A DNA stretch of 40,806 nt from Chiloscyllium plagiosum. Taxonomy: Eukaryota. Under the pieces are notes generated by a model, which did not search any database, was not told the DNA's origin, and was given only the letters and a program-made list of their open reading frames with translations. Shown piece after piece: positions 22,445 to 35,357 of the stretch. Position numbers and translations under genes: made by a program. Location of the stretch: positions 35,031,537 to 35,072,342 of the forward strand of contig NC_057719.1 of assembly GCF_004010195.1 (NCBI RefSeq). The letters are read 5' to 3'. Position 1 is the first letter of the stretch; the number at the start of each line of letters is the position of its first letter.

Positions 22445-24570
22445 TAGATAGAGAATTAGGCCATTTGGTCTATTGAGTCTGCTCTGCCATTCAATCACGA
22501 CTAACAGGTTTTTAATTTTCCTGCCTTATCCCCATAATCCTTAATCCCCTCACCAATCAAGAACCTATCTATCTGTCTTAAATAAGCTCGAGGACTTGGC
22601 CTCCACAGCCCTCTGCAGCAATGAGTTCCATAAATTAACCACCCTCTGGCAAAAGAAACTCATTATCTCAGTTCTAAAGGGTCATCCCTTCAACTCAGAG
22701 GCTGTGTCCTCGGGTCCTGGTATTTCCTACTCGTCTCTTCACCAATCCACTCTATCGAGGACTCTCAGTTCTGTAGGTTTCAATCAGATTCCCTCCATAT
22801 CCTTCCAGACTCCAAAAGTCCGCAACTGTTCCTCATACACAAGCCCTCCATCCCTGGGATCATGCTTGTAAACGTTCTCTGGACCCCCCTCCAATGCAGC
22901 ACATCCTTCCTTAGATATGGGGCTCAAAACTGCTCGCAATATTAAAAATGCGATCTGACTACAGCCTTATCCAGCAGTACATTTCTGCTTTTGTATCCTA
23001 ACCTTCTTCAAACGAATTGTATTTGTCTACCTAACTGCCAGTTGAACCTGCATGTTAAACTTAAGAAATAGGACTCCCAAATCCCTTTTGAGCTTCAGAC
23101 TTCCAAAGCCTTTCCCAGTTTAGAAAATAGTCTACGCCTCTATTCTTCCTATTGAAGTGTACAACCTTACACTTTCCTCATATTCCATCTTCCACTCCTT
23201 TGCCCACTCTCCTAGCCTGTCGAAGAACTTGGACAGCTTCCCCACTTCTACTACGTTACCTGTCCCCTACCAATCTTTGTCTCATTTGCAAACATAGCAG
23301 CAATACCCTCAGTTCCTTTGTCCACAGCGTTAATATTTAACATGTATAGTTGCGGTCCCAACATTGACTTTTGTAAAACTCCACTCGTCCTTTCATGGAA
23401 CTTTAATCCTCATTGGCTGACTGACAGCAGGCAGACAGTCCTCTAACTGTGTCAGTACCTTGCCCCATGGGCTCTTACTTTATTTAGCAGCCTCCTGTGC
23501 GGTACCTTATCAAGGCTTTCTTGAAATCCAAATAGATCACAGCCACTGGCTCTTCTTTGTCTAACGTGCTTGTTAGCTCCTCAAAGAATTAGAGCATATT
23601 TGTCACGCATTGACCTCCCTTTGACGAAGCGGTGCTTACTCAGCCCTATTTTACTATGCACCTCTAAGTACTCCTCAAACTCAACCTTAATAAAGTCAGT
23701 CAAAAAGTGTGGTGCTTGAAAAGAACAGCAGATCAGGCAGCATCTGAGGAGCAGGAGAGTTGACGTTTCAGGAGTAAGCCCTTCACCAGCAACATTTCTA
23801 ATGAGGGACTTATGCCAGAAACATCGACTCTCCAGCTGTGCTTTTCCAGTGCCACACATTTCGACTCTGATCTCCAGTATCTGCAGTCCTCATTTTCTCC
23901 TTAACAACAGGACTCTAAAATCATACCAATGACTGAGGTCAGGTTAATGGGCTTTTAGTTTCCTATCTTTTGGCTCCATCCCTTCTTCAACAGGAGTGTT
24001 ACATTAGCCATTTTCCAGTCCTCTGGGACGCTCTCCGACTCCAGTGATTCCTGAAAGATTACCGCCACAATCTCTTCAACTATCTACTTCAGAACTCTGG
24101 GGTGTAGTCCATCTGGTCTGGGTAATTTATCCCCCTTCAGATCTTTCAGCTTCCCCAGCATCTTCTCCTTAACGACGGCTCCTACCTTTGCCACCTGACT
24201 CTCCTGAAGTTCTCATATGCCACTGGTGTCTTCCACTGCGGAAATTGATACAAAATACCTATTCAGTTCCTCCACCATTCTTTTGTTCCCATTATTACTT
24301 CTCCGCCCTCATTTTCCAGCAGTTCTCTTCCTTTTCGAGATCTAAAAAAGCTTTTGCCATCTTCTTTTAAATTGCTAGCTAGCTTACTCTCATAGTTCAT
24401 ATTCTCCCCCCGCATTGCTTTTTTTAGTTATCTTTTGCTGTTCTCTTTAAAAGCCTTCCCAATAATCTTCATCATTTTGTATGTTTTCTCTCTGTTCCAG
24501 GCTTCCCTTGTCAGCCATCGTTACTTCGCCCTCCCCTTGATATGTTTCTTCTTCCTGGAGATGAATTTCT
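22445..24570 (-). mobile_element. Decayed CR1-like LINE (RT + 3' UTR), interrupted at 23694-23898
   Basis: Minus-strand SKHRFVKGRS and PEDWKMANVTLL-type RT motifs; CR1 tail at ~22450-22700. Confidence 0.85.
23694..23898. mobile_element. Fold-back Penelope pLTR-derived element (family A) with two degenerate hammerhead cores
   Basis: gtgtggtgcttgaaaagaacagc...gacgtttcaggagtaagcccttcaccag followed by inverted ctaatgagggacttatgccagaaacatcgac...gctgtgcttttccagtgccacac; imperfect TSD ccttaataa (23685-23693) / ccttaacaa (23899-23907). Confidence 0.8.
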
Positions 24571-24671
24571 TACGGATACAATTTTATAAAGGCTCAATTG
24601 AACAAATAAATTCTGAAAGCTTCTCATAAATGTTGTGACATATAATTTTATGTATCAATTTTCTTCATTAC

Positions 24672-24792
24672 CTAAAGGTATAGTATCCTCAGAAAATAGT
24701 TCTGATGTGCTGCTAGTTACCGTCTCCATGTCTTCATCTTGTACTTTTACTTTCCGCTCACCTACATGCCTGCATATAAATTGTTCTTCAAC
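24672..24792 (-). CDS. NEMF: NEMF exon 6: [40 protein letters not shown](D)
   Basis: Aligns by eye with recalled human [36 protein letters not shown] boundaries; 121 nt, phase 0 to 1. Confidence 0.95.
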
Positions 24793-24909
24793 CTAGGTAC
24801 AAAAAAAAAACCTATGATATTTATTAGGAAATAGTAACTTACCAAGCAAGATACTTGCAAATGTTCTCTTCTTGACTATTTTTGAGTAGAAGTACAAACT
24901 TTCACAAGA

Positions 24910-25690
24910 TAAGAGCAAGCGTGAGGTGATGCATTTTAGGAGGTCAAATGCATGAGGTAAGTATGCTGAAATGGATGGACACTTAAGAGCATTGATATAC
25001 AGATGGATCTTGTGGTCCAAGTAGAAGGGCAACAGTTTAGAAAGATGTTAAAAAGACATACAGAATTCTCAGCTTTATAAATAGATGCAGAGTGCACAAA
25101 AGCAAGGAAGTTACGATGAAATGTTGCAATTGGAGAAGTTTGTATAATTCTAGCTAACACACTCTAGGCAGGATGTGAAGGTTTTAGAGGGAGTTCAGAA
25201 AAGATTTACAAAAATGATTCAATAGAAGACAAGCTTTAATTATGTGAATAATTGCAAAAGGTGGAAAGTTTTTGCCTTAGGGAAGGATATCAATAAATTT
25301 GACAGAAGTGTTAAAATCACGAGGGATCCATTAAGACAAGAAATAAATGCTGGCCCAGTAAGGCCCAGATCCCGTTACGGAGTTTTTAAAAAAACGGTGT
25401 AAAAGGTTGAGAACACGAAGACACAACCCAATGTTAGTGGCGCAAGAACCAAAGGCAATAAGAGGAATATCATTTTTACACTGACTGGTTAGGATCTGGA
25501 ATACATTTCATGCAAGTCTGGTTTTAATTGTCGCCTTCAGAAAGGAAACTGGATAAGCACCCTGAAGAGGAAATAAATTACAAGCCTACAGAGAAAGGGA
25601 ATGGAAACAGAATTAGTTGAGTTATTCTTACAAAGAACTAGTATGGACAGGACAGGTTAAATTGCCTGCTACTGTGCTGTAACTATTCTA
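24910..25690 (+). mobile_element. Old CR1-like 3' fragment
   Basis: Degenerate LEGVQKRFTKMI and 3' tail ctgtgctgtaactattcta. Confidence 0.65.
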
Positions 25691-25858
25691 CAACTGAACC
25701 CACTCCATTCAGTTTCTAGTTGTATTGGAGGGGAGGGCTGTGTCTGAACAAATACCTTGCACTTCCTGACAGGCTGTTTAACATAGGAATTTCAGCTCCT
25801 ACTGTAAATGACACTGTATAAATACATTCCATACAAACTAATTTACTATCACACTTTA

Positions 25859-26166
25859 TGATGTGGAGATGCCGGTGTTGGACTAGGGTGGACAAAGTTA
25901 AAAATCACACAACACCAGGTTATAGTCCAACAGGTTCATTTGGAATTACTAGCCTTCAGAGCGTTGCTTCCTCATCAGATAACTACTGGGGCAGGATCAT
26001 AAGATACAGAGTTTATAGCAAAAGATCCCGGGATCTTTTGCTATAAATTCTGTGTCTTATGATCCTGCACCAGTATTTACCTGATGAAGGAGCAATACTT
26101 TTGAAAGCTAGTACTTTTAAATGAACTTGTTGACACGATAACCTGGTGTTGTATGATTTTTAACTT
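25859..26166. mobile_element. Fold-back hammerhead-bearing PLE-like element (family C), 308 bp, perfect 12-bp TSD
   Basis: TATCACACTTTA at 25847-25858 and 26167-26178; arms are inverted around a perfect 36-bp palindrome at 26012-26047; core CUGAUGA-AGGAG-CAAUA-CUUUU-GAAAGCUA at 26081-26110. Confidence 0.85.
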
Positions 26167-26277
26167 TATCACACTTTAGCACAACCGCCAAATATAATTC
26201 AGGGGTCCAACTATATTTGGTGTTTCAGTTTTCATCTTTTTCCACCTTAAGTTTCTAGAAAAGTAGTAATACATTAC

Positions 26278-26336
26278 CTTAAATAAAAAGCCAAATCCCA
26301 TCATAAGATAAGAAGGTGGAAGATAGTTCTTTTTAC
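26278..26336 (-). CDS. NEMF: NEMF exon 5: [20 protein letters not shown]
   Basis: Conserved motif; tttcag acceptor, GTAATG donor; 59 nt, phase 1 to 0. Confidence 0.97.
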
Positions 26337-26761
26337 CTGAAAACACAAAGAAATGGTATAAAATTTATTTTGGAGATCAAGCAATAACTAACAACAACAA
26401 CACATCTGCAAAGCATTACACAACCAAATCAGATTAAAAAAAGAAAATCATGCAAATTACCATCATGCTGAAAACATTTCCAACTTCAAACCTTCCCACA
26501 TTGAATTAATGCAGTTATTTTAGCCAAATCAAAATAATTCACAACCTACCTGGCCTTCTAACCTTATATGACTATCTGGGAAGGGAATCAACATCTCTTG
26601 ACAAAAAGTATTCTTTTAAACAAATTAAGGTTTATATTTGAAAATGATTTGTGGTAGAAAATCTCAGGTTGAAAAATCTAAAATAATGGAAGTATCATAT
26701 TCATAATCAAAATGTCAAATTATCAAGCCACTAAATCAAGATGAATATCGGTAACATTCTA

Positions 26762-26872
<111 letters not shown>

Positions 26873-28399
26873 TTATGGTTATTTTGAAACAGATGTAAAT
26901 AAAAAATATGAGCCAATGTGTGTCAAATACTATTGAATAAGCAGCTCAACATTTGCAATTCTGCTGTCAAACATTTCCGACTATACCCTGATCATGGAAT
27001 GATGCTGTAAAAATCAAGGCCAGGTTATTTTTTTCATCAAAAAAAACCACAAAAGATTGGTATGAAATGTCACCCCACATGAAATGTCACACTGATTTTA
27101 GAACTGTTCAGTTTGGCAGCTTAAATCATGACCCTGAGGAATTCATCATTTCTGCTAGCTTCAAAACTACAAGAGATAGTTCTCCTATAAAGGTCATAGT
27201 TGAGTTCCAGCGAAAGCTCGCTTAATAGAAAATCACTTAACAGAAATAATGGGGCCTATAGAAAAAGTGGAATTAGGAGCAGACGACAAAAAAAAACATT
27301 CACAATCATGCAAAGATCACCAAAAGCCTAACAAAGTATAGGACAGCCTGAATGAAGGTTGAAATCATATTTATTAATGAAACAGAAGTAAAGTGAACAC
27401 ATTACATTGAAAAAATATTGTTAATGCAGGGACAGAGGGTCATCATCATCACTACCTTCAGGTGCAGTTGCACTTGCAGAAGTGGACAGCTTTGGTTGAT
27501 TGAGAGATATACAGGTACAAGAACAAATTAGAAAGGCAAATAGTTTGCATAAGAGTAATGCAGTCCTGAAGGAATAATGCAGGTCTTATACAGGAATTAT
27601 ACAAGTATATTCTTGCATCAGAGGGAAAGCAATGAACATTAATTAGTTTAATTTTTGAGCTAAAGTGCTCAATGTACAATATGGTACCTTCCATATTCTC
27701 TGACAGCAGCGGACATTGACACATGCAGAATGGCGTGGAGACTTCTGCGTTTACATGGCGCATGCGCAGATTGGTGCAGAGATTTTAGTGGAAACACAGA
27801 ACAAAGCGTGCAAAACGCACACCGCTGGAATCACACTATTGTGAACAGGCATAAGCATTCTTGAAAATACCATTCCCTAATTCTTTAGCGACATTGTAGC
27901 CAAATTGCCCTGCCGAAATACGCTTTATTTGAGAACTACCTGTACGTTACAGTGCCATATCAGTGTGAGAAAACATTTTGTCTAATCTGTTTTAAATGGT
28001 TAATCCCTTACTTGTAAACAGGGACCAATCTAGGTACCAGATGGAAGACTGACATGATATAAACTAAGGTTAAGACCTTGAAGAAAAACAGGCATACAGG
28101 TCTAATGTCATTTATCTTAGCAGTAGTGAAGTTAATGTGAGCCCAAGATCAGATCTTATGGGCCAAACAATCTATTTTTTCTTCTTCACAAATTAGCTCA
28201 AATAAGTGAATAATCAAATAAATTCACTTTAAGATGTGAAATACAAACCACTAGAGAATGATTTGGTGGGTTGGGAAGGGAATGAGGATTGTAAAAGAGA
28301 AATAACTTGGTGTTTGCCACAACATAAGGAAGAAGATCTGTTCATGCCTGCAGTTACACAAACAAGTAGTTACCAACCACTGCTACACAGTTGTGTGAA

Positions 28400-28692
28400 A
28401 GTATCCAGCAGAATCCAGGCACTTGAGCACAGGAAGAGAATAACTTCTTTTAAAAAAAAGTATTTTTTCAAGAGAGTTGTTAGGATCTAGAATGTGTTTC
28501 CTGGAAGTGTGCTGGTGGCAGATTCCATACAAGGTTTTAAAAGAGAGCTGGATATATATTTGAAAGGAGATGAATCTAGAGGGCTATGGATATAGGGTTG
28601 GAGAATGGGACGAGCCGAGTAGCTCTTTCAAGAGACGGTACAGACATATTGGGTCGAATGGTCCCTTCTTTACAGTAAAATTCTATGATTCT
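28400..28692 (+). mobile_element. CR1-like 3' end
   Basis: FFKRVVRI*N..FKRELDIYL and tail gggtcgaatggtcccttct...ttctatgattcta. Confidence 0.75.
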
Positions 28693-28899
28693 ATAGAAGG
28701 GAAGTAATTTGATTGCACTTTCCAGTGAACAGTCATTCCTGATTCAGCAGGGTGCTGAAACTGCTGGGAAAAAAATGTGGTACAGAAACAAGAGAGAAAG
28801 GAAAAAATATTTGAAAACACTTCTAAAAGTATTGTAAAAATACTTAAACAGCAAATAGTCAGAATAATTTGTATAAACAAACAATCTTACTTTTACATA

Positions 28900-29975
28900 A
28901 TGACATAAGAACTAGGGGCAGGAGTGGGCAATTCAGTCCCTCAGGTCTGCTCCGCCATTCAATACAATCTAGCTGATCTCATCTCATTCAAAACTCCACC
29001 TTCCTGCCCATTCTCCCTTTAACCTTTACTGATTAAAAAAAAAAATCTATCTCCTCTTCAAATTTACTCAGTGTTACATCATCCACCATGTTCTGAAGTA
29101 GTGAATTCGACAGGTTCATCACCCTTTGATAGAATTAAATTTTCCTAAACTGATTTAACTCTGCTATCCCTTCTCCTAAAACTACGGCCTCTCATTTTAG
29201 AGTGCCCAATGAGGAAATGCTCACTCTACATTTATTTTGTCAATCCCTTTTAGCATTATATATACCTTAATTAGATCTTCTCTCATACTTCTAAACTCTA
29301 GAGCGTATGGGCCTAAATTGCTCTCTCTCAAGACAAACCCCTCACCTCTGAAATCAATCTAGTGATTCTCCTCTGAACCACTTCCAATGCAACAACATCC
29401 CTCTTCAAGGAGAGGGACCAAAGTTTCATGCAACACTCCAAGTGCGGTCTCACTAATACCTAGCACAATTTCAGCAACAACTTGAGCGATAAATGCCACA
29501 AATCTATTTGCCTTCTTTATTATCTATTGTACTTGCATACTAGTTTTCTGTGATTCATGTACAAGGGCACGCAAATCCCTTTGTATTGAAGCACCCTAAA
29601 GTTTCTTTCCATTCACATAATAAGTTGCCTTTCTATTCTTTCAACCAAAACCTCACACTTATCCATGTTAACCTTCATCTGCCAAATTCTGGCCCATTCA
29701 CCTAACCGATCCACGTCCATTTGTAAATCTATATTTTTATCTTTATTGCAACTTACTTTCCCACGTCAGTCAGTATTACCTACAAATTTGGCTTAGAGTA
29801 TCTTTTATTCCCACATCTAAGTTATTAATATGGATTCAAGGACTGAACCTTGTGGCACCCCCAATACTTACATCTTGCCAATGAAAAAAAACTAATTTAT
29901 CCCAACACTCTGTTTTTTGTAAGTTAGCAATTCCTCGATCCAACCTACTAAATTACATCCAACCCCATGTAATTT
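28900..29975 (-). mobile_element. Decayed CR1-like 3' fragment
   Basis: cataagaactaggggcaggagtgg tail followed by a reverse-complement RT C-terminus ([18 protein letters not shown] near 29410-29455). Confidence 0.8.
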
Positions 29976-30284
29976 TAACACATTTACATTTCCTTCATTT
30001 TTGCGAATATTGCTTATTGATTATTCAACCATCACTACGTACAAATCCTAACTTAACCAGGCCTACTTCAAATTAAATCTTATTTTGATTCATTTTATAA
30101 TAAATATCTTCATTGATATATGGTAGATTTTTATCTTCACCAGAATTTGGCAAAACAAATTGCTCATTCAATTTTTATCCTGTGTATTTCAATGGGTAGG
30201 CAATCCACGCTGTCAGATTACTTACGAGTGGAAAGGAAAAACAGCCCCACATATTTAGATTACTGTGTCAACTATGTCTCACAT

Positions 30285-30645
30285 GTGATCACAATATCAC
30301 TTGACTCAAAAGTTTGAGAATTCAAGTCTCACTCCAGAGGGTTTATGCACTGAAGGTATGTTGTACTGCTGAGATAATTCTCAAATGACACGTTAAATCG
30401 GGGCCCATTTCAAGTGAATGTAAATGTTCATTATTTGAAGAAGAGTAGGGGAATTCTCACTAATTATCAGGTCAATATTTATGGTGCAAACAACATTACT
30501 AGACACTAACACATTATTGTTTGTGGGCTCTTCCTATATGCATATCAGGTGCTGTGTTTTCCACAACAGTAACTGCACTTCAAATGTGATCCGCTGGCTG
30601 CAAAGTTTTAGGATTCCGGAGGTATGAAAGTATGTCTCTCTTTTG
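30285..30645 (+). mobile_element. DeuSINE (SacSINE1-like) degenerate copy
   Basis: ttcaagtctcactccagag..acgttaaatcgggccc..tatttgaagaagagtaggggaattctc..gtcaatatttat..tgtttgtggg..ctgcacttcaaa resembles recalled Deu-domain and tail. Confidence 0.65.
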
Positions 30646-30651
30646 TACTCA

Positions 30652-30933
<282 letters not shown>

Positions 30934-30936
30934 TTA

Positions 30937-31101
<165 letters not shown>

Positions 31102-31406
31102 TCAGGATAAAAGGTAAAAATGGTTAGGATTCCTAGTGATCACCAGCAAATGTGTGGTGATTTAAAAAGGATGACGCTTAGTTTTGATGCATTTAGGTTT
31201 TGAATAGTTTGTCAACACTTTTGGCCCACAGGAATAATATTGGAAGGAGACAGGGTAGAGGAAATGTTGACAATTGCTTGATAAATACAGGATTATACAG
31301 ATTTCCCAGAAATAAGTACAGGTCCACATTTAATTTCCTGGAAACACAGAAGATTTCTACAAGCCCGTGGAAATTAAAATAGGTTCAGATAATCAGTTCT
31401 GGTTTA

Positions 31407-31522
31407 GAGGTATATGGACCAAATGCTGGCAAATGGGACTAGATTAGGCTGGGATATCTGGTCGGCATGGACAAATTGGACCAAAGGGTCCGTTTCTGTG
31501 CTTTACATCTCTATGACTCTAA
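31407..31522 (+). mobile_element. CR1/HER1 3' tail fragment
   Basis: gggactagattaggctgggatatctggtcggcatggac..ccaaagggtccgtttctgtgct, the same tail as 36820-36905. Confidence 0.8.
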
Positions 31523-32169
31523 GCAGTCAATGCTTTCAAAATAGGTCAAACATGGTGACAAAAATACTTGTCACAAAGCAGTTGAAGTACAAAGATCAGA
31601 ATGCAATGCTTTAATTCGACAAAGTAAGAACTGTCTGGAGTACTGCATTCATCTGGGCACCAAACCTCAAGAACCTCAATTCCGTAATGATTCACAATTC
31701 ATCAGAATGATACCAGGACTTAAAACAAAATTAAGTTTTGCACATGGTTTACATAGACTCAATTTAAAAATATTATTTATTTCCCTTCAAATTTAGAAGT
31801 TTGAGAAATGATCTAAGCAAAGTTTTAAAATGATAAAATGATTTAATACGATCATGTCATGAAAACTTCATATTTCATAATCTCAGTGGACTAGAGTTTG
31901 AAGAATGTGGATTCCTGGATTGTCTTCATTTTAAAATAGTCAATAAAAGCCCAGCTTTTCGGTTTCTGAAAAAAAAATCTGATTGTGGGTCCAGTGTAGT
32001 ATCGAAGCGCTGCTCCAGTCTTAACTCTGATTCTCTTCCTGAAAAATTTCTGGAAGATTGGCTGTGATTTAATGGTTTGGCATGACACATTCCAAGAGTT
32101 TGAATTGACTTCTATTCCAATGCTCAGATATTTTAAAGACACAAATGCTAAACCAGTTGTTAAAGATAA

Positions 32170-32442
32170 CAATACTCATATAAAAAGTTGCGTTGCTGAG
32201 GCCAAAGGTTTAGGTAAACAGCAGAAAGTGGACTTATGAGAACAAGCCATGATTGCATTCTTGTGCAACCCAGCAGTACAGAAAAATTGCACTTTAGAAA
32301 CAGCACTCAAAGTGTTGGTGATGAAATTGCGTTACAGCCAACACACATTTTCAAAGTTTGCGCTTTAGAAACAGTGTCCCCAATTCAATCGCATTACAAT
32401 GAATTCATGTTTCCGGAACACACATTAATAGCAGAACAATCA
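32170..32442. mobile_element. Possible DNA-transposon/MITE remnant next to the gap
   Basis: Internal repeats gcactttagaaacag / gcgctttagaaacag and relatively CpG-rich sequence; only one end visible. Confidence 0.3.
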
Positions 32443-32469
32443 ATAATATTCAAGTGGTGATAGGAGGTC

Positions 32470-32969
32470 NNNNNNNNNNNNNNNNNNNNNNNNNNNNNNN
32501 NNNNNNNNNNNNNNNNNNNNNNNNNNNNNNNNNNNNNNNNNNNNNNNNNNNNNNNNNNNNNNNNNNNNNNNNNNNNNNNNNNNNNNNNNNNNNNNNNNNN
32601 NNNNNNNNNNNNNNNNNNNNNNNNNNNNNNNNNNNNNNNNNNNNNNNNNNNNNNNNNNNNNNNNNNNNNNNNNNNNNNNNNNNNNNNNNNNNNNNNNNNN
32701 NNNNNNNNNNNNNNNNNNNNNNNNNNNNNNNNNNNNNNNNNNNNNNNNNNNNNNNNNNNNNNNNNNNNNNNNNNNNNNNNNNNNNNNNNNNNNNNNNNNN
32801 NNNNNNNNNNNNNNNNNNNNNNNNNNNNNNNNNNNNNNNNNNNNNNNNNNNNNNNNNNNNNNNNNNNNNNNNNNNNNNNNNNNNNNNNNNNNNNNNNNNN
32901 NNNNNNNNNNNNNNNNNNNNNNNNNNNNNNNNNNNNNNNNNNNNNNNNNNNNNNNNNNNNNNNNNNNNN
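32470..32969. other. Assembly gap (500 N)
   Basis: Run of N. Confidence 1.
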
Positions 32970-33735
32970 CATTTTCAAGGCACTAAAACTTCAATAGTGT
33001 GCTCTTCTATGTTTCCATGAAAAAGTACATTTGCACCAGGGGAAGTCTGATTTTGGTGGCAAGTAGGTATAAATCTGGATTTTTTTTTACCAGAAGGTGG
33101 GAGATTATCTTATACATGTGACATACGAAATGGTAAGGATTTTTGGCCAAATGTTAATGCAAGAATTTGCAGAAGATCAACTATTATTTTAATATACATG
33201 GCACTTAAGTTCTCTTGAGAAAAGTCAGTCGTGGCAGAATTATTGTAAGCAACCTCTAATAAAGTAAACCCAAGTTAATTGCATTTTTTAATTTTAATAA
33301 ATGATTGTTATTTGCAAATGTACTATTTGGGGAACTATAGGGATAGAGAAGTTGGCTGACAAGCCCAAAACATTCCCAGTGCCCCTGAGCTGTATCCTGC
33401 TAATAACACCATTCCATCCCATTCACTCATATTTACTGTGTTTATTTGGCACCGCAACACATTCTTTTTTACTGGCAGGATATTTCACAAAGTGCACAAG
33501 AGCAGAACTATCCTTGAGAACCTTCTAGGTTATCAGAAGACTGAGTCATGGAAATAATTTATCTGCAGTTTTTTTTAAAAACATTGTTTACATCTCCTAA
33601 ACCATGAACAATTTATGTAGAGAACCAATTCCTACCCCGTCCACCTCTTTTCTTTGCACAAGTAGCACATAAATAGTTCTCATAGTATTTTAAATACTAA
33701 TACTTTTTACTGGTGTAAGTAGGCACTACTTCGAT

Positions 33736-34381
33736 TTGCCAAGTGGACAGGATTGTTAAGAAAGCATATGGTGTTTTGGTTTTCATTAACAGGGGGATTG
33801 AGTTTAAGAGCTATGAGATCTTGTTGCAGCTCTATAAAACTTTGGTTAGACCACACTTGGAATACTGTGTCCAGTTCTGGTCACCCTATTACAGGAAAGA
33901 TGTGGATGCTTTGGAGAGGGTTCAGAGGAGGTTTACCAGGATGCTGCCTGGAATGGAGGGCTTATCTTACGAAGAGAGGTTGACTGAGCTCGGACTTTTT
34001 TCATTGGAAAAAAGGAAGAGAGGGGATCAATTGAGGTGTACAAGATAATGAGAGGTATAGATAGAGTTGATAGCCTGAGACTTTTTCCCAGGGCAGAAAT
34101 TGTTAACACGAGGGGTCTTAGTTTTAAGCTGTTTGGCGGAAAGTATAGAGGGGATATCAGAGGCGGTCTTTTTATGCAGACAGTTGAGAGAGCACGGAAT
34201 GCGTTGCCAGCAGCAGTTGTGGAAGCGAGGTCATTGGGGATATTTAAGAGACTGCTGGACATGCATATAGTCACAGAAAGTTGAGGGTTCATACATTAGG
34301 TTTACCTTACATGAGGATCAATGGTCAGCACAACATCGTGGGCTGAAGGGCCTGTTCTGTGCTGTACTCTTCTGTGTTCTA
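33736..34381 (+). mobile_element. 5'-truncated CR1-like LINE (RT C-terminus + 3' UTR)
   Basis: ORFs 33743-34048 (LVRPHLEYCVQFWSPYYRKDVDALERVQRRFTRMLPG) and 34036-34284; tail gggctgaagggcctgttctgtgctgtac. Confidence 0.93.
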
Positions 34382-35357
34382 ATCCCTCCCTGGCTCAGAC
34401 TAAGCCACATTTCACAAACTAGTTTTCTATTTGATCCAGAGATAAGTTTCCAGCCCAATAACCTCTTCTGTAACCAACAAACCTCCCAAGCCATCCACTT
34501 TCGATTGTCTCTGTCCACATCTACTTGTCTCTTTCCCTGCATTATCCATGCCTTTGTTGTATATCGACTTCACTAAATATACTTGAATTCATTTGAAACT
34601 TTGCTACCCAAATTTTAAGTCCCACCAAGCTTCTGTTGTCCATTAATCTGCTCAATGACCTACAATGACTGCTGGTTCGGCTACATCCTGATGTTAAAAT
34701 TCTCAACTTCCCTCCATGACCCTACCCTCCCACTTTCTAACATCCTCAGCTCTACAATCTTCCCAGTTCTTGTCATAAAACCATACAACATGCAAACAGA
34801 CCCTTTGGTTCAGCTCATCTATGCTGACCACATTTCCTAAACTAAACTAAATTCCCATTTTGGGCTGTTTGGCTCAGTTCTCTCTAAAACCTGCCTATTC
34901 ATGTACCTGTCCAAATGTCTTTTAAATATTCAACTGTACCTTCATCTACCACTTCCTCAGGCAGTCATTCCACATATGAACGACCTTGTGTGTGAAAACG
35001 TCGCCCCCTCATATCCCTTTTAAATCTATCTTTCTTCTCTCACCTTAAAAATATGCACGCTAGTTTTGAACTTGTCACCCTACGAACAATACCCTGGCTA
35101 TTCACTTTATCTATGCTCCTCATGATTTTAAAAACCTCTATAAAACCTCAACCTTCTATGCTCCAGTAAAAATAGCCCAGCTTACCTAACCTCTCCTTAT
35201 AACTCAAACTCTCCAGTCCCAGCAATACCCTGGTAAATTTTGCTGAACTCTCTTTAATTTAATAATATCCCTCCTATAGCCGGGCAACCAGAACTGAATA
35301 CAGTATTCCACAAGTGGTCTCACCAGCATCCTGTTCAATTGCAACATGACATCCCAA

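Noticed and set aside
32394..33020. Long ORFs in the track spanning the first gap
   Set aside because: Artefacts of translating N runs.
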